The position numbers and the translations under genes are program-made. This document shows, one piece after another, positions 20,221 through 32,619 of a DNA stretch of 48,902 nt. This stretch comes from an uncultured Negativicutes bacterium (lineage in GTDB: Bacteria > Bacillota > Negativicutes > JBAXTZ01). The stretch is taken from NCBI GenBank assembly GCA_963721525.1, contig CAVRJL010000007.1, forward strand, positions 1 to 48,902, given 5' to 3'. The notes beneath the pieces were generated by a model. The model saw only the letters and a program-made list of their open reading frames with translations, ran no database searches and was not told the origin of the DNA. Within the stretch, counting starts at the first letter, position 1. The number at the start of each line of letters is the position of its first letter.

Positions 20221-21256
20221 ATGACAATCCTTTTTATCTCGTTTATTTTTTCCTCATATAGGCGGGGTAGAAAAACATGTGTATAAAATAAGCAAGCAGC
20301 TTATAAAAAGGGTCGATAAAGTTATCATTATACTGATAACCATGAATGGAAGGAAAAAGAAATTATTGATGGTATACAGGTTTATCGCATAAATGTCGTG
20401 GGAAGACGGAAGAAATAAAAAATTTATAATATGGAATGAACTTTGGAAATTGAAAAGTGTTATTTCGTCGGCAGACATCGTTCATTGTCATGATGTTTTT
20501 TTCGGGTATCTTCCTTTTCGCTACCTATATTCGAATAAACTCAATATTTACGACGTTTCACGGATATGAAGGTAGTAGTTTACCAAGCAAAAAAGTAATA
20601 TTCACGCATAAGATTGCTGAAAAGTTATCTAATGGTAACATTTGCGTAGGAGATTTTCTAAGTAAGTGGTATGGGACTAAACCAAATTATGTTATTTACG
20701 GAGCAATTGATAATGTTTTGTTTATACAAAAAACGAAACATCTCTACCACATAAAGACATTATTTTTATTGGAAGATTGGAAGATGAGACGGGGAATAAT
20801 GGAATATCTAAAAGCGCTTGCCTTACTGAAAGAAAGGAAAACAATTTTAACAATGGACGTTTATGGAAATGGGTCGCTCGAGAAAAAAAGCAAAAGAATT
20901 TGTCAAACTCAACAAGTTAAAAGTGAAATTTCATGGCTTCGATAAAAAAGTAGATGAATATTTACAAAATTATCGTTATGTTTTCACTTCAAGAATATTT
21001 GGGATCTTAGAAGCAATGGTTATGAGAAAAACCTATTCGGCTGAATATAATAACGAAATAAAAAAAGATTATTTAATAATGGTCTTTTTGCTTCCTGTAT
21101 ATCGATTTCTAAGGATTTAATATACAAATTTGTGAGAATATAGAAGGATTCATTGCTGGAGAGAACGCAGTTTAAATGTTAAAAAGGGCTTATGACTGGG
21201 TAAAGAGAAAACTTGGGAGAAATGACCACATTTATTTGCGATTATGGCACATATAA
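20221..21256 (+). pseudogene. GT4 glycosyltransferase, disrupted
   Basis: MTILF.SRLFFPHIGGVEKH, ADIVHCHD, TTFHGYE, FIGRLEDE, GILEAM. Confidence 0.75.
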
Positions 21257-22203
21257 AAACTTTTATTTATAGTACAGTACTTAATGAACAAAAAAATTAA
21301 TCGTTTTCTAGAATTGATTAAGAATCAAACGGTTAAATCCTGATGAAATAATTATTACTAGATGGAGGTTTAACAGATAAAATGTTGAAAGTATACAATA
21401 TTTTTCTAAGAAATATTAAATTGAATGTAATTTTATTACGAAAAAGGAGAGGTCCATTGGGTAGAAATACTGCAATTAACAGTAGCAAAAGTGACATTAT
21501 TTATGTGTAGATGTAGGATGAACCATCGACAGTGATTGGGTAAAAAACATTAAAAAACCTTTTGAGAAACTGAAAATGTAGACGTGGTTGCTGATTATGT
21601 ATGAAGGAGTAGCATATATAGTTTTCCTCAAAAATGTATGATCCTTATGCACTTGTAATGCCAGATAGAAGTTAATTCCGATAAATTTCCCACAGCAACC
21701 CGTTCAATGGCATTTCGAAAAAGTAATATACGGGGTGAAATTGAATGTTTCCCGAACAATTTTACATAATGAGGATTATGTTTTTGCTAAAAAATTGAAA
21801 AAAATAATAAAAAAATTGCGTTTGCAAAAAAATGAGCAATTGTCGACTGGTTTCTTCCAAGCAACTGGCATAAAGCTTTCATCATGTTTTTTATCGTTTT
21901 GGCAAAAGGATACTAAAAAGTCGAATCGTGCGTCCAAAAGTTGTTTTTATCTTTTTACTATATATAGTCTTTATTCTCATGACTATATTGTTATATTTAG
22001 CTATTTCATAATCCCTTGTTTCTTTTATATTTTGCTTTTTATTTTTCTATGCTATATTTTGTGGTCCAATTGAAAAAAAACTAAGAATATATAGAAACCC
22101 CCAAAGATCAAATAAATTCCTGTCCTTTCTTGCAATTTATTTTGGACTTTGCAAAGTTATAGAAAAGGTAACCGATTGAAGGATTATTTTATAGGAACAT
22201 TAG
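21244..22203 (+). pseudogene. GT2 glycosyltransferase with C-terminal TM helices, heavily disrupted
   Basis: TVLNE, PDEIIILDGG.TD, GRNTAI, ATRSMAFRK, NEDYVFA. Ends approximate. Confidence 0.7.
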
Positions 22204-22204
22204 C

Positions 22205-23476
22205 TTACTTATTCCTCTTTTTTGTTTCGTTTCATTTTATTTTTAAACAATAGCTCATTTTTCCCCAGGATATCCCAAATGTCTCTAAAATAATGTTTTT
22301 TTAATAATGAAGAAAGTATAGCTTCTTCTATTAGCGAAATATTCTTTACTGATTTATGGAAGAATAAGATACATCAATATTTCGGATCGCTCTCTTGTAA
22401 ATGAGGGTTCTATTTTTTGATTTGAATACGTCTTAACAAAAGGAATCATGTAAAATAACTTTTGCATGTTGACTGATAAAGTGCTTTTTTAAGATTAAAA
22501 CTAAGTGATTTTTGTATATCGTCAACTTCCGGGTTTGAAAGCTAATCCTAGAATCGCTACTCTTTTATTTTAATTTAATTTGTTCTTTTAATTTTTTAAC
22601 AAGATAATAATGGAACAGCCCCGTTAATTTCCATAAGCGGAATAAGATCTAAAAATGGATTTCCTGAATTAAAAAGTATCCGTCTTTCGGATAAGTAGTT
22701 CCCCTAGTTAACCCAGGGGAAACGCTTGTAGACCACCACGTTTGGAACCAGTGTTTACCAGAATTGACGATTTCAATTTAATGTTTCGATCATAATCTTT
22801 GCAATGTACATAAGTCATTAGCAGTAGCGGAAGGAAATGTATCGATAACATATTGGCAAACAATTGGGTAAGTCTAGACTAAATTGTCACTAATAATGCA
22901 TGTCACCTCTAAGCTTTCAAAAAAAAGTTTCGCTTGCAGGCTTGAACTCCTCATTAATACCACCTATAATTTGGGGGAATTCTCGTATTTTCTTTTATAG
23001 CACCTTGAGCTATTTTTTCGAGGATATAAAGCTAGATACAGTGATCTCCCCGACTTAAAGGCGTAAGGTTCTCTATTTTTTCTTTTTACAATATACTTAG
23101 TTTGTCCCGAAGGTGATACCGTGCTCCTAAAATCTATAAGTTGTTTCTCGTGTACATAAGGTATTATTGCATCGAGGAAGATCAATTTGTTCCAGAATTG
23201 GATTCGATATTTTGTTAATTGGTGTTCTGAAGTTAGAATAACAATATCGAGAATCTTGTATGACTTTATAATAGGTTGTGGGGAAAATGTTTTATTGACT
23301 AATTTCTTTAGTTTTATAGCCCCTTTTCTATAAAGGGCATAATCCTTTTTCAGAAGCTTATTTTTTATTTCATTCCTTCCAATGCCGTATACTTTATATT
23401 TCTCCTCAGCGATTACCAAACGAAGGGGGAGACCAACTCTGCCTATATCAATAACTGCAACTGTTTTTCTTACCAT
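22205..23476 (-). pseudogene. UDP-glucose/GDP-mannose dehydrogenase family nucleotide-sugar dehydrogenase, heavily disrupted
   Basis: MVRKTVAVI.IGRVGLP, RSTVSP, AILGL.F.P..DDI..SL. End approximate. Confidence 0.75.
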
Positions 23477-23577
23477 AGTAATTTTTACTATTGTAGACAA
23501 GGTTGTGCTATAAATCAATCTCGAGTATTAAAAAGTATTCAGTTATAATGGTAAGTTATAGAGAAACTTTATAAATA

Positions 23578-24819
23578 TTGGGGATATAAAGAGAATATTA
23601 TCAAAAGGTATTTTTTCTGGATGACAGTAATGTAGAGTAGTTACACGAGGGCTTGAGTTTTGTGAAGATAGTTGTCCTGGCAAAGAGTAATTAGTCCGCT
23701 GCAGTTCCAAATATTTGGCATTGCGGCTTTGGTAATTGTCTTTCTTGAAACGTTGACAGAGACAGGAATCAATATTGTTTTGATTCAATCCAAGAGCGAA
23801 TTGTCACAATATATTAATTCCGCCTGGGTTGTCTCTATTCTAAGGGGAATAATAATATCTTCCCTTATTATTATCTCCTCGTCCTATATTGCTTCTTTTT
23901 TTCATACTCCTAATGCCTTGGGAATTTTATATTTCATTAGTTTAGTTCCTTTCGTTCGGGGATTTATAAATCCTGCGGAAGTAAAATTTAAAAAGAACTA
24001 AAATTTCATTTACAATTTTGGTTCCAATCGGGAATTCTTCTAATAGATGCAATTACTGCCATAATGTTTGTAATTATCACCCATTCTGTCTATAGTTTGG
24101 TATGGGGAATGCTTGTAAGCTCGCTGTTTGAAGTTATATTATCACTTGTCTTTATTAAACCATTACCCAAAATCGCTATAGACAAAGGATATTTTAAAGA
24201 AATATTTCATAAGGGAAGCTGGGTTACAGCATACACGATTTTTAACTATATTGCAGAGAACGCAGATAATGCCGTTGTCGGAAGAGTGATGGGTGCATCA
24301 TCTCTAGGATTTTATCAAATGGCATATAAGATTTCGATTTTACCTATTACAGAAATTTCAGATGTAATAAGTAGTGTAGTATTTCCTGTTTATACAAAAA
24401 TTACAGGTGAAGTCGAGAGGCTTAGAGCGGCTTTTTTAAAGACCATAATATCAGTATTTGTTCTCTCTTTTTTGGTGGGAAGTATTATTTTTCTTTTCCC
24501 GGAAAAAATTGTTGATATTCTACTTGGTAGTAAATGGATATCTATAATACCGGTTTTGAAAGTGCTTCTTATATACGGTGTTTTAAGGACAATAGCTGGA
24601 CCGGCGTCAGCTTTGTTCCTTTCCTTAGGAAAACAGAAATATGTTTCTGCTATGATATTTGTCAGATTTATAGTGCTTGTTATAGCCATTTATCCACTTG
24701 TTAAAATGTTCGGCTTAATTGGAGCTGGATATGCTCAAGTAATTGCTGTTACTATTGAGGCGCCTTTTCTTTTATATTTTTCATATTACTTATTGAGTAA
24801 AAAAACACACTATGATTAA
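23578..24819 (+). CDS. wzx: Wzx/PST-family polysaccharide flippase (frameshifts in 5' half)
   Basis: FGIAALVI..LETLTETGI, ADNAVVGRVMGASSLGFYQMAYKI, VFPVY; about 12 TMs. Confidence 0.85.
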
Positions 24820-25513
24820 ATACCAGGGAATTTCAACACTTGAAGTATTAGAAGAAGCTAAGAATTATAATAGGTGGATTGCTGATGAAATCGAATCCTA
24901 TGTCTCATCACCTGTGTTAGAAGTAGGAGCTGGTACTGGAAATCTTACAAAGTACTTTCTTAAGAATAAGCTGATGTATATAACTGATATTGATAAAGGA
25001 CTTGTGACTCACTTAAAGAAAATTTTCTTTAGAGAAAAAAACATTATTGTAAAACAATTTGATGTAACCAAACCACCGGCCAAAGAGCTCAATGCATTTT
25101 TTTGACAGTCTACGCTATTAATGTTCTAGAACATATCAAAGATGATGAGCAGGCATTAAGCAATATTTCTAAAGTGCTTAAAGAATAATGGTAAACTTCT
25201 TTTATTAGTGCCTGCTAAAAAATTTGCATTTACCAAATTAGATAAGGAATTGGGACATTTTAGAAGATATGAAAAGAAAGAGTTAGTCAGTAGGTTAAAC
25301 AAAAATGGTTTTATAATTGAAAAAATATATTTTTTCAATATTGTTGGTTTGCTAAGTTGGACAGTCAGAGATAAAGTAAAAAGAAAAAATATTCATCTAA
25401 AAACTTATCATATGAAGATCTTTGATAGTATTGTCCCTATTTTGAGATTTGTGGAATCGATTATGACAATACCCATGGGGATTTCACTTATAGTCGTTGC
25501 AAGGAAAAAATAA
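24812..25513 (+). CDS. Class I SAM-dependent methyltransferase (frameshift at T-run near 25100)
   Basis: LEVGAGTGN, INVLEHIKDD, LLVPA...D..LGHFRRY. Confidence 0.85.
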
Positions 25514-25518
25514 ATCTT

Positions 25519-27154
25519 ATGAAATTTTTTAATAAAAATAAATCTTTTATTCTATTAATTACACTTGTAATCATTATTTATACCTTTATTGTACTTTTGT
25601 ACTTGCCTTATGGAACTCCAAATAATAGTCATCCATTCAATTATAATATGGACGAATGGCATCAACTGATGGCAATAAAAGCGATAGTAAAAAAAAGGGA
25701 CGACAACTATTCCGGGGGCTGCACAGATACCTTTTGTTTACCCAGTGTTAAGTAGCATCTATGCGACTCCTTTCGTGCTTTTCCATATTATTAATCCTTT
25801 TTCAATCAAGACACCATTTGATGACTTACCTATGCAACAACGCCTTTTTGAGATTCTACGATCTGTGAACATACTATTTGGTGTAGGAAGCATTATAGTC
25901 ATAGGAATAATAGCAAAGAAGTATTTGAAAACTAATTATTTTATTGCCATATTTTTCTTTACTTTTTCACCTATTTTACTTGTTTTGACAGATTATTTTA
26001 AATATGATGTAGCTTTATTATTTTTTATCACATTAAGCTTATTGATGATGTTTAGATTTGGAGAAAAAACGACGCTTAAAAACTATGTTCTCGCTGCATT
26101 TGTTTCGGAATCGCACTCGGAACAAAATTTAGCTCGATTCCTCTTCTAGTACTTTTTATTTTTGCCTTTTTTTGGTTTATTAAGAAAGAAAAAAGAAATT
26201 ACAAATGGATTCCTTTGGGGAATATTTGTGTATGCGACAACATTTCTTCTGGTTGGTTCACCAAATATTTTGTACGGAAAAGCAAACTATAGTGACTTGC
26301 TATATTCAAATCTCGTTTCAGCACCACTTGGAACTAGCAATTACATTTTGCCATATCCATGGTGGCTATATCTACCCATAAAACAGTATCCAATTCTCTT
26401 CGGAAACCCGTTATATATATTATCAATAATTGGATTTATTTTCCTAATTATTTATCTATTGCATAAAAAAAATTGGAAAAAATTGGCTAATAAATATTAT
26501 ATTTTTTTACTCACTGGTTTTATTCTCTTTATAGTCAGCCTGATTCCATTAGCAATTGGTGCAGCAGCTAATAGATTACTAGTATTATTGCCGTTTTTAT
26601 CTTTAATAAGTAGTATTTTTATAACGATCCTTTATAGACTTTATCGTGGATTTTTGAAAAATTGTCTGATTGTTGTTTTACTTATTCTATTAATTGTTCA
26701 ATTTGTTGAGTCAGCTACTTGGATGTATATAAAGATCAAGTCAAATCCACAAATCGTTGCGTCAAATTGGATAGAAAAGAATATAAAGAAAGGATCGATC
26801 ATTGATATTGAAAACATACCCATCTATCAGTTTCTTCCGGATATCGTTTTAAAGGAGTTTTATGAACAACAATACAACTTAAAGCTTGTATATAGATATA
26901 AATATAATGTGGTTGACAGTAAAACCAAAAGTTTGGATTCCATAGTCATAATAACAAATGATACGGTTAATCAGAAACTTTTTAAAGAGTCAGCAAAGAA
27001 TGATTTGGTCAAACGTCTAAGTCATGAAGGATACAAAAAAGTCATTGTTTTTTATTCAGACCAACTTTATAAAAGTCTATTTGTCACTGATGTAGATTTG
27101 TATCAGGCGGGAATTATTTCTACTCCACTTACAATTTCAGTATATAAAAAATAA
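25519..27154 (+). CDS. GT-C fold (ArnT/PMT-like) glycosyltransferase (frameshifts)
   Basis: NMDEWHQ acidic motif after TM1, LRSVNILFG, YFKYD, NRLLVLLPF; three ORF pieces. Confidence 0.7.
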
Positions 27155-27211
27155 GTATGTAGTTGAGTATATTTTATGAATATTACTAACTTATTTTTAT
27201 AAAACATAATT

Positions 27212-28303
27212 ATGAAAATTGCTTTTTTTCACGAACTACCATATGGTGGAGCACGAAGAGCAGTTCTTGAATTTGGAAAACAATTAAAAAATAATAATAC
27301 AATAGACCTTTATTATCTTGATGACAAACCTGAAAAATACATAAATGAAATTTTTAATATAACACGATTTATTCATTTCACTCCTAAAACATGGGCAGGT
27401 CATAATTGGAAGATTAAGCTTTATAAGGACTTCATCGAATTATTTAAAATTTATATAATACATAAAAAATTAGCGAGAGAAATTGATAAAAAGGGTTATG
27501 ACTTTGTTTTTGTTCACGGTTCTAAATATACGCAGGCTCCTTTTCTTCTTCGTTTTCTGAAAACAAAATCTGTATATTATTGTCAGGAACCATTACGTAT
27601 GGTATATGAAGAACTTTTTGATATTACCCATACATTGTCATTCGAAAGAAGAACATATGAACGTTTAACTAGGAAAATAAGAAAGATTATAGATAGTCAG
27701 AATGTTCATAATGCAAGTATACTTCTGGCAAATTCACAATTTACAAGAAAAAACATTAAAAAAGCATATAATCTTGATGCAATTGTCTGTTATATGGGTG
27801 TTGATATCTCTCGTTTTCATCCTGAAAAATGTAATAAAAAATATGATATTCTTTTTATTGGTTCGATGGAAGAAATAGACGGGTATGAGTTATTACAAAA
27901 AGCAATTACATTCATGAAGAAAGCACCCAGGGTGAGATATGTGTTACGGGAAAAAGAGTGGATAAGTGATGACGCGGTTATGAGAAGACTGTATTCTTCG
28001 TCTAGGCTTTTGACATGTTTAGGATATAAAGAACCATTTGGTTTGTTGCCAATTGAAGCACAAGCATGTGGTATACCAGTAATTGCAGTAAATGAGGGTG
28101 GATATAAAGACACAGTAATTAATAATGTGACAGGACTATTAATACAAAGAGATCCAAGGGTTCTGTCTAAAACAATTGATCAGATATTATCTGATCAAAA
28201 AAAGATTAATAACCTTGGAGATAATGCATTTAAGAACGTACAAAAGAATTGGACATGGGAGAAAAGTTCTGAAAATTTATTAAAAATCATTTATCCTAAA
28301 TAG
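27212..28303 (+). CDS. GT4 glycosyltransferase
   Basis: GGARR, ANSQFT, MGVD, EPFGLLPIEAQACG (E-x7-E). Confidence 0.92.
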   Translation: MKIAFFHELPYGGARRAVLEFGKQLKNNNTIDLYYLDDKPEKYINEIFNITRFIHFTPKTWAGHNWKIKLYKDFIELFKIYIIHKKLAREIDKKGYDFVFVHGSKYTQAPFLLRFLKTKSVYYCQEPLRMVYEELFDITHTLSFERRTYERLTRKIRKIIDSQNVHNASILLANSQFTRKNIKKAYNLDAIVCYMGVDISRFHPEKCNKKYDILFIGSMEEIDGYELLQKAITFMKKAPRVRYVLREKEWISDDAVMRRLYSSSRLLTCLGYKEPFGLLPIEAQACGIPVIAVNEGGYKDTVINNVTGLLIQRDPRVLSKTIDQILSDQKKINNLGDNAFKNVQKNWTWEKSSENLLKIIYPK

Positions 28304-28339
28304 ACAACGGTATAGCTTTATTTATTGTATAATCATTTT

Positions 28340-29200
28340 ATGAGTGTTGATCAGAAAATATTTGATAAAGATTACTATTACAATATTTGTTTAGGATTTG
28401 ATAAGTTTAAAATAAGCGGAGGAAAACTACTTGACTCGAAACTAGAGGAACGAATTAGTCAAATACATTTAACCAAAACAATGGATGTTCTTGAAATTGG
28501 GTGTGGAAGAGGTGATATAGCTCTACATATAGCAAAAAGAGTAAATTCCGTTCATGCAATAGACTACTCAGTAGCAGGTATAAGAATTGCTCAAAATATT
28601 CGCAAAGGATATCCCAAAACTATTCAAAATAAAACATACTTTCATGTAATGAAAGCTACCCAGATAAAATTTAATGACAATCAATTCGATTTAGTTATTT
28701 TAATTGATGTAATTGATCATCTTAATATCAAAGAGCAAGAAAAAACACTGGGTGAAATATCACGTGTATTAAAAAAAGACGGAATATTGTTTGTTCGTAC
28801 ATGCACAAATAGAATTTTATTATCTTATATCTATAAATATTACATACATCCTATTAATATATTTTTAACATGGCTTGACAAAAAAATAAAGAACGTTAAT
28901 TACGACGCCTTACCACAAGACCCAAGGACAAAAGAACAGAAGACGCAACATATTAATGAGTCAGATTACTTTAAAATAAATAAACTATTTAAAAAGCATT
29001 ATTTTGAGGGTTCAATTATGTCAGAAGTGGGCTTCTTAAAAGAGGGGAAAGGAATAAGAACATACTTGTATAATTTTGTCACTGTTTTATATCCCTTTTC
29101 TAAATTCTATCCATTAAATATTTTATTTACTAATTCTTTTATTTGTACATTACGAAATCGAAAGCATAATAATTCACAAACTAGCCTTTATAACTCTTAA
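28340..29200 (+). CDS. Class I SAM-dependent methyltransferase
   Basis: VLEIGCGRG, IDYS, FDLV, RVLKKDG. ATG 28340 lies 6 nt after TATAAT (28328-28333). Confidence 0.88.
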   Translation: MSVDQKIFDKDYYYNICLGFDKFKISGGKLLDSKLEERISQIHLTKTMDVLEIGCGRGDIALHIAKRVNSVHAIDYSVAGIRIAQNIRKGYPKTIQNKTYFHVMKATQIKFNDNQFDLVILIDVIDHLNIKEQEKTLGEISRVLKKDGILFVRTCTNRILLSYIYKYYIHPINIFLTWLDKKIKNVNYDALPQDPRTKEQKTQHINESDYFKINKLFKKHYFEGSIMSEVGFLKEGKGIRTYLYNFVTVLYPFSKFYPLNILFTNSFICTLRNRKHNNSQTSLYNS

Positions 29201-29251
29201 AGAAATGTCGTACCTTACAAAAAATCGTGAATTTAGTATAATAACACAGCT

Positions 29252-30276
29252 ATGAAAAGAAAAATATTAATTACAGGTGGCGCTGGATTTATAGGTACAA
29301 ATACAGCAATGTTTTATCTTGACAAAGGAGATTATGTCTCAATTTTTGACAACTTCTCTCGTAAAGGAAGTAAGTCAAATGTACAATATATACAATCAAA
29401 ATACAGAAAAAATCTTACTATAATAAATGGAGATATCACGAACAGCAAAACGGTGATCAATAAACTTGTAAAAGATATAGATATAATTTTTCATCTTGCC
29501 GGCCAAGTGGCTGTTACAACTTCTGTTATAAATCCTCGAAGAGATTTTGAGATTAACGCTATGGGAACGTTAAACATGTTGGAAGCAGTAAGAAAATATG
29601 GGAATAATCCTATATTTGTTTATAGTTCTACAAATAAAGTATACGGAAGTCTTGATTATTTGAAAGTTTCTGAAGAGAAAACAAGATATATATTAAAAAA
29701 TAATCCTCACGGAATTTCTGAAGATTTCAAGCTTGAATTTTACTCTCCTTATGGATGTAGTAAAGGAGCGGGCGATCAATATGTGCATGATTATCATAGA
29801 ATTTATGGACTTCGTACCATTGTTTTCCGACAATCATGTATCTATGGACCACATCAATTTGGAATAGAGGATCAGGGATGGCTAGCCTGGTTTTTTATAA
29901 GAATGATGCAAAAGAAAAAAATTACCATCTTCGGAAATGGTAAGCAGGTTCGGGATATTCTTTATGTAGATGATTTAATCAAAGCTTATGATCTTGCAAT
30001 AAGCAAGATTGAGGTTACAAAAGGCGAAATATATAACATAGGAGGTGGATTGAAGAACACAATTTCAATTTGGCTAGAGCTAAAAGGAGTACTAGAAAAG
30101 TTATTCGAGCAATCCATTTCAGCGGAATTTCAAGCACTAAGGCCAGGTGATCAAAAAATCTATGTGTCCGATATTAGAAAAAGTAAAAGGACTTTGGATG
30201 GGAGCCAAAGGTAAGAATGGAAGAGGGAATGCAAAATCTACTTACTTGGTTGCAAAAAAACAATAAATTGCTTTAA
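29252..30276 (+). CDS. CDP-paratose 2-epimerase (tyvelose epimerase)-like extended SDR (frameshift near 3' end)
   Basis: ITGGAGFIG, HLAGQVAVTTS, SSTNKVYG, SPYGCSKGAGDQY, FRQSCIYG, GIEDQGWLAWF. Confidence 0.85.
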
Positions 30277-30296
30277 TTAATGTCAAGTATTTCCAC

Positions 30297-32572
30297 ATGA
30301 AGAAAATTATTGTCTCTATTATCATAGTTCATTATAAAGCAAGTGATATTTTGCTATCGTGCTTAAACTCTCTATACTTGATAAAAAATAGGACACCATA
30401 TGAAGTCATTGTAGTCGATAACGACATAGAAAATCCAATTGAAGACATATTACATAAAAAATATCCATCCGTGCGGTATATTAAAGCTCCATGGAATGTG
30501 GGATTTGGTAGAGGGAATAATATTGGAGCAAAGGTTGCAAAAGGTAAATATTTGTTTTTCTTAAATTCAGATACAATTATTAATGATTCTATAGTCGATA
30601 ATCTTTGTAGTTTCCTTGACGTACATCAGAACACCGCAGTTGTAGCTCCTCTTCTCTTGGATAGAAATGAAAAAATATTTCCCTTGCAGGGAACAATGAA
30701 ATTAACGCCCTTTGTTGCTTTGTTTTCGCTTTCAATTGTTAATAAAATATTTCCTAAAAATCCAGTGACTAAGAAATATTGGTTATCTAAATGGGATAAA
30801 TCAAAAGATAAAGAGGTTGATGTAGTTCCGGGTACAGCAATTATGATAAGAAAAAATATATTTGAGAAACTTAATGGTTTTGACGAGCATATTTTTTTGT
30901 ATTTCGAAGAGTTTGATTTATGTTTACGTTCAAAAGAACTTGGCTATTCAATTTTCATAACACCCAAATCAAAACTTATTCATTTATGGGGAGAGAGCAC
31001 CAAACATAGGAATGACCTGCAGAAAATATTTAATCACAGTAGATTTTATTATTTTAGGAAACATTTTGGTATAATACAAGCATTAATTATAGAAATGTTT
31101 TTACGTTTTGATAAAAACATAATGCTACTATTTATTATATTACTCACTGCAACTTTCCTTAGATTTTATGATATACAAACGCTTATTCCGTTTATCTCGG
31201 ATCAGGGATGGTTCTATCTCTCCGCAAAAGACATGTTGCAAAATGGACAAATTCCTCTTGTTGGTATAACTGCAAGTCATGTGTGGCTTCATCAAGGAGC
31301 TTATTGGACTTACTTACTGGCAATTTGTCTTTTCTTTTTTCATTTCAACCCTATTTCAGGAGCTTATTTAACTGCAAGTATTGATGTACTAACAGTTTAT
31401 TTCGTGTATCTTACAGGTAAAATGCTTTTTTCAAAATTAGTGGGATTTATCTCAGCTTGTCTCTATGCAACATCTCCTTTAATTATTGTCTATTCAAGAA
31501 CTGCATACCATACTTCACTAATACCTTTTTTTACTATCTTATTCATTCTTGCAATGACTTATTGGATTCGAGGAAATACACGTATAATTCCATTTATTAT
31601 TAGCCTTCTTTGTATTCTCTATAATTTTGAAATTGCGACTATTTCATTATCGTTTGTATTCGGAGCAGTTTTGATATATGGGTTTTGGCAAAAACGTTCC
31701 TGGGTACATATATTTACAAAAAGAAACATTATTTTTTCTATTGTGGCATATTTTGTTACGATGTTTCCGATGATTTTATATGATACGTCGCATCAGTTTC
31801 CACAAACAATCAAAATTCTTTTTTGGATACCTTATAAATTACTCTCAAGTTCGGGTATCTATAGGATTCATGCACAAAGCTACGTTGATTGGATTGGATT
31901 ATTTAATTTTCTCTCATTGGAAAATCAGAGACTTATATTTATGCAAAACAGCTTGCTTGCTGTTATGATATTTTTATGTAGTTTTATTTTTTTAATTTCT
32001 CTTTTATATACTCAGTGGGTGAAAGGGAACTAAATGATTCTTATGTCATACTTTTTTTGTTAGTATTTATACCATTAGGTATCCTTTTAGCCAATGGGGT
32101 TATTTCAGATGCATATCTCCCTGTCCTTCTTCCTACAATTTTTATTTTAATTGCGATTTTTTTAAGTTCATTGTTTCAAAAACGAAAATTGAAATATATA
32201 ACGATTGCAGTCATTATTATAATAAGTGTAACAAATATTTATAGCTTGATTTCAACCGAATACTTTACTTCAACTTCTTTAATAGATCTAAAATCCTCGA
32301 TATTTCCAATAAAGAATGAAGAAGAAATTATTCTAAGGATTGAACGGTACTCAGGTAATAAACCGTTTGCTTTAACTTCTAAAGGATTTTACCCTCAATC
32401 GACAGATAATTATATCTATTTGGCAGAATGGATGGGAGCAAAGTACTTAAGTACTGCAAAAAATATCTATGTGATACAACCAACTAAGTACGATACGGCG
32501 AAAAGTACTATTATTTATAGATCAGATTCTATATCCGTTATATATAGGTTTGAAAAGACTCATAGTATATAA
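30297..32572 (+). CDS. GT2 (rhamnosyltransferase-like) fused to ArnT/PMT-like GT-C domain (frameshift near 32025)
   Basis: aa 1-270: VVDN, NVGFGRGNN, FLNSD, GFDE..FLYFEEFD. From aa ~276: FLRFY...FISDQGW and many TMs. Confidence 0.8.
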
Positions 32573-32604
32573 AATTTGTAAGTTTATAGTTCTAGATCAG
32601 TATA

Positions 32605-32613
32605 TGTTACAAT
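32605..32613 (+). promoter_or_regulatory. Extended -10 TGTTACAAT, 6 nt before ATG 32620
   Basis: Direct sequence match. Confidence 0.6.
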
Positions 32614-32619
32614 AAAATA

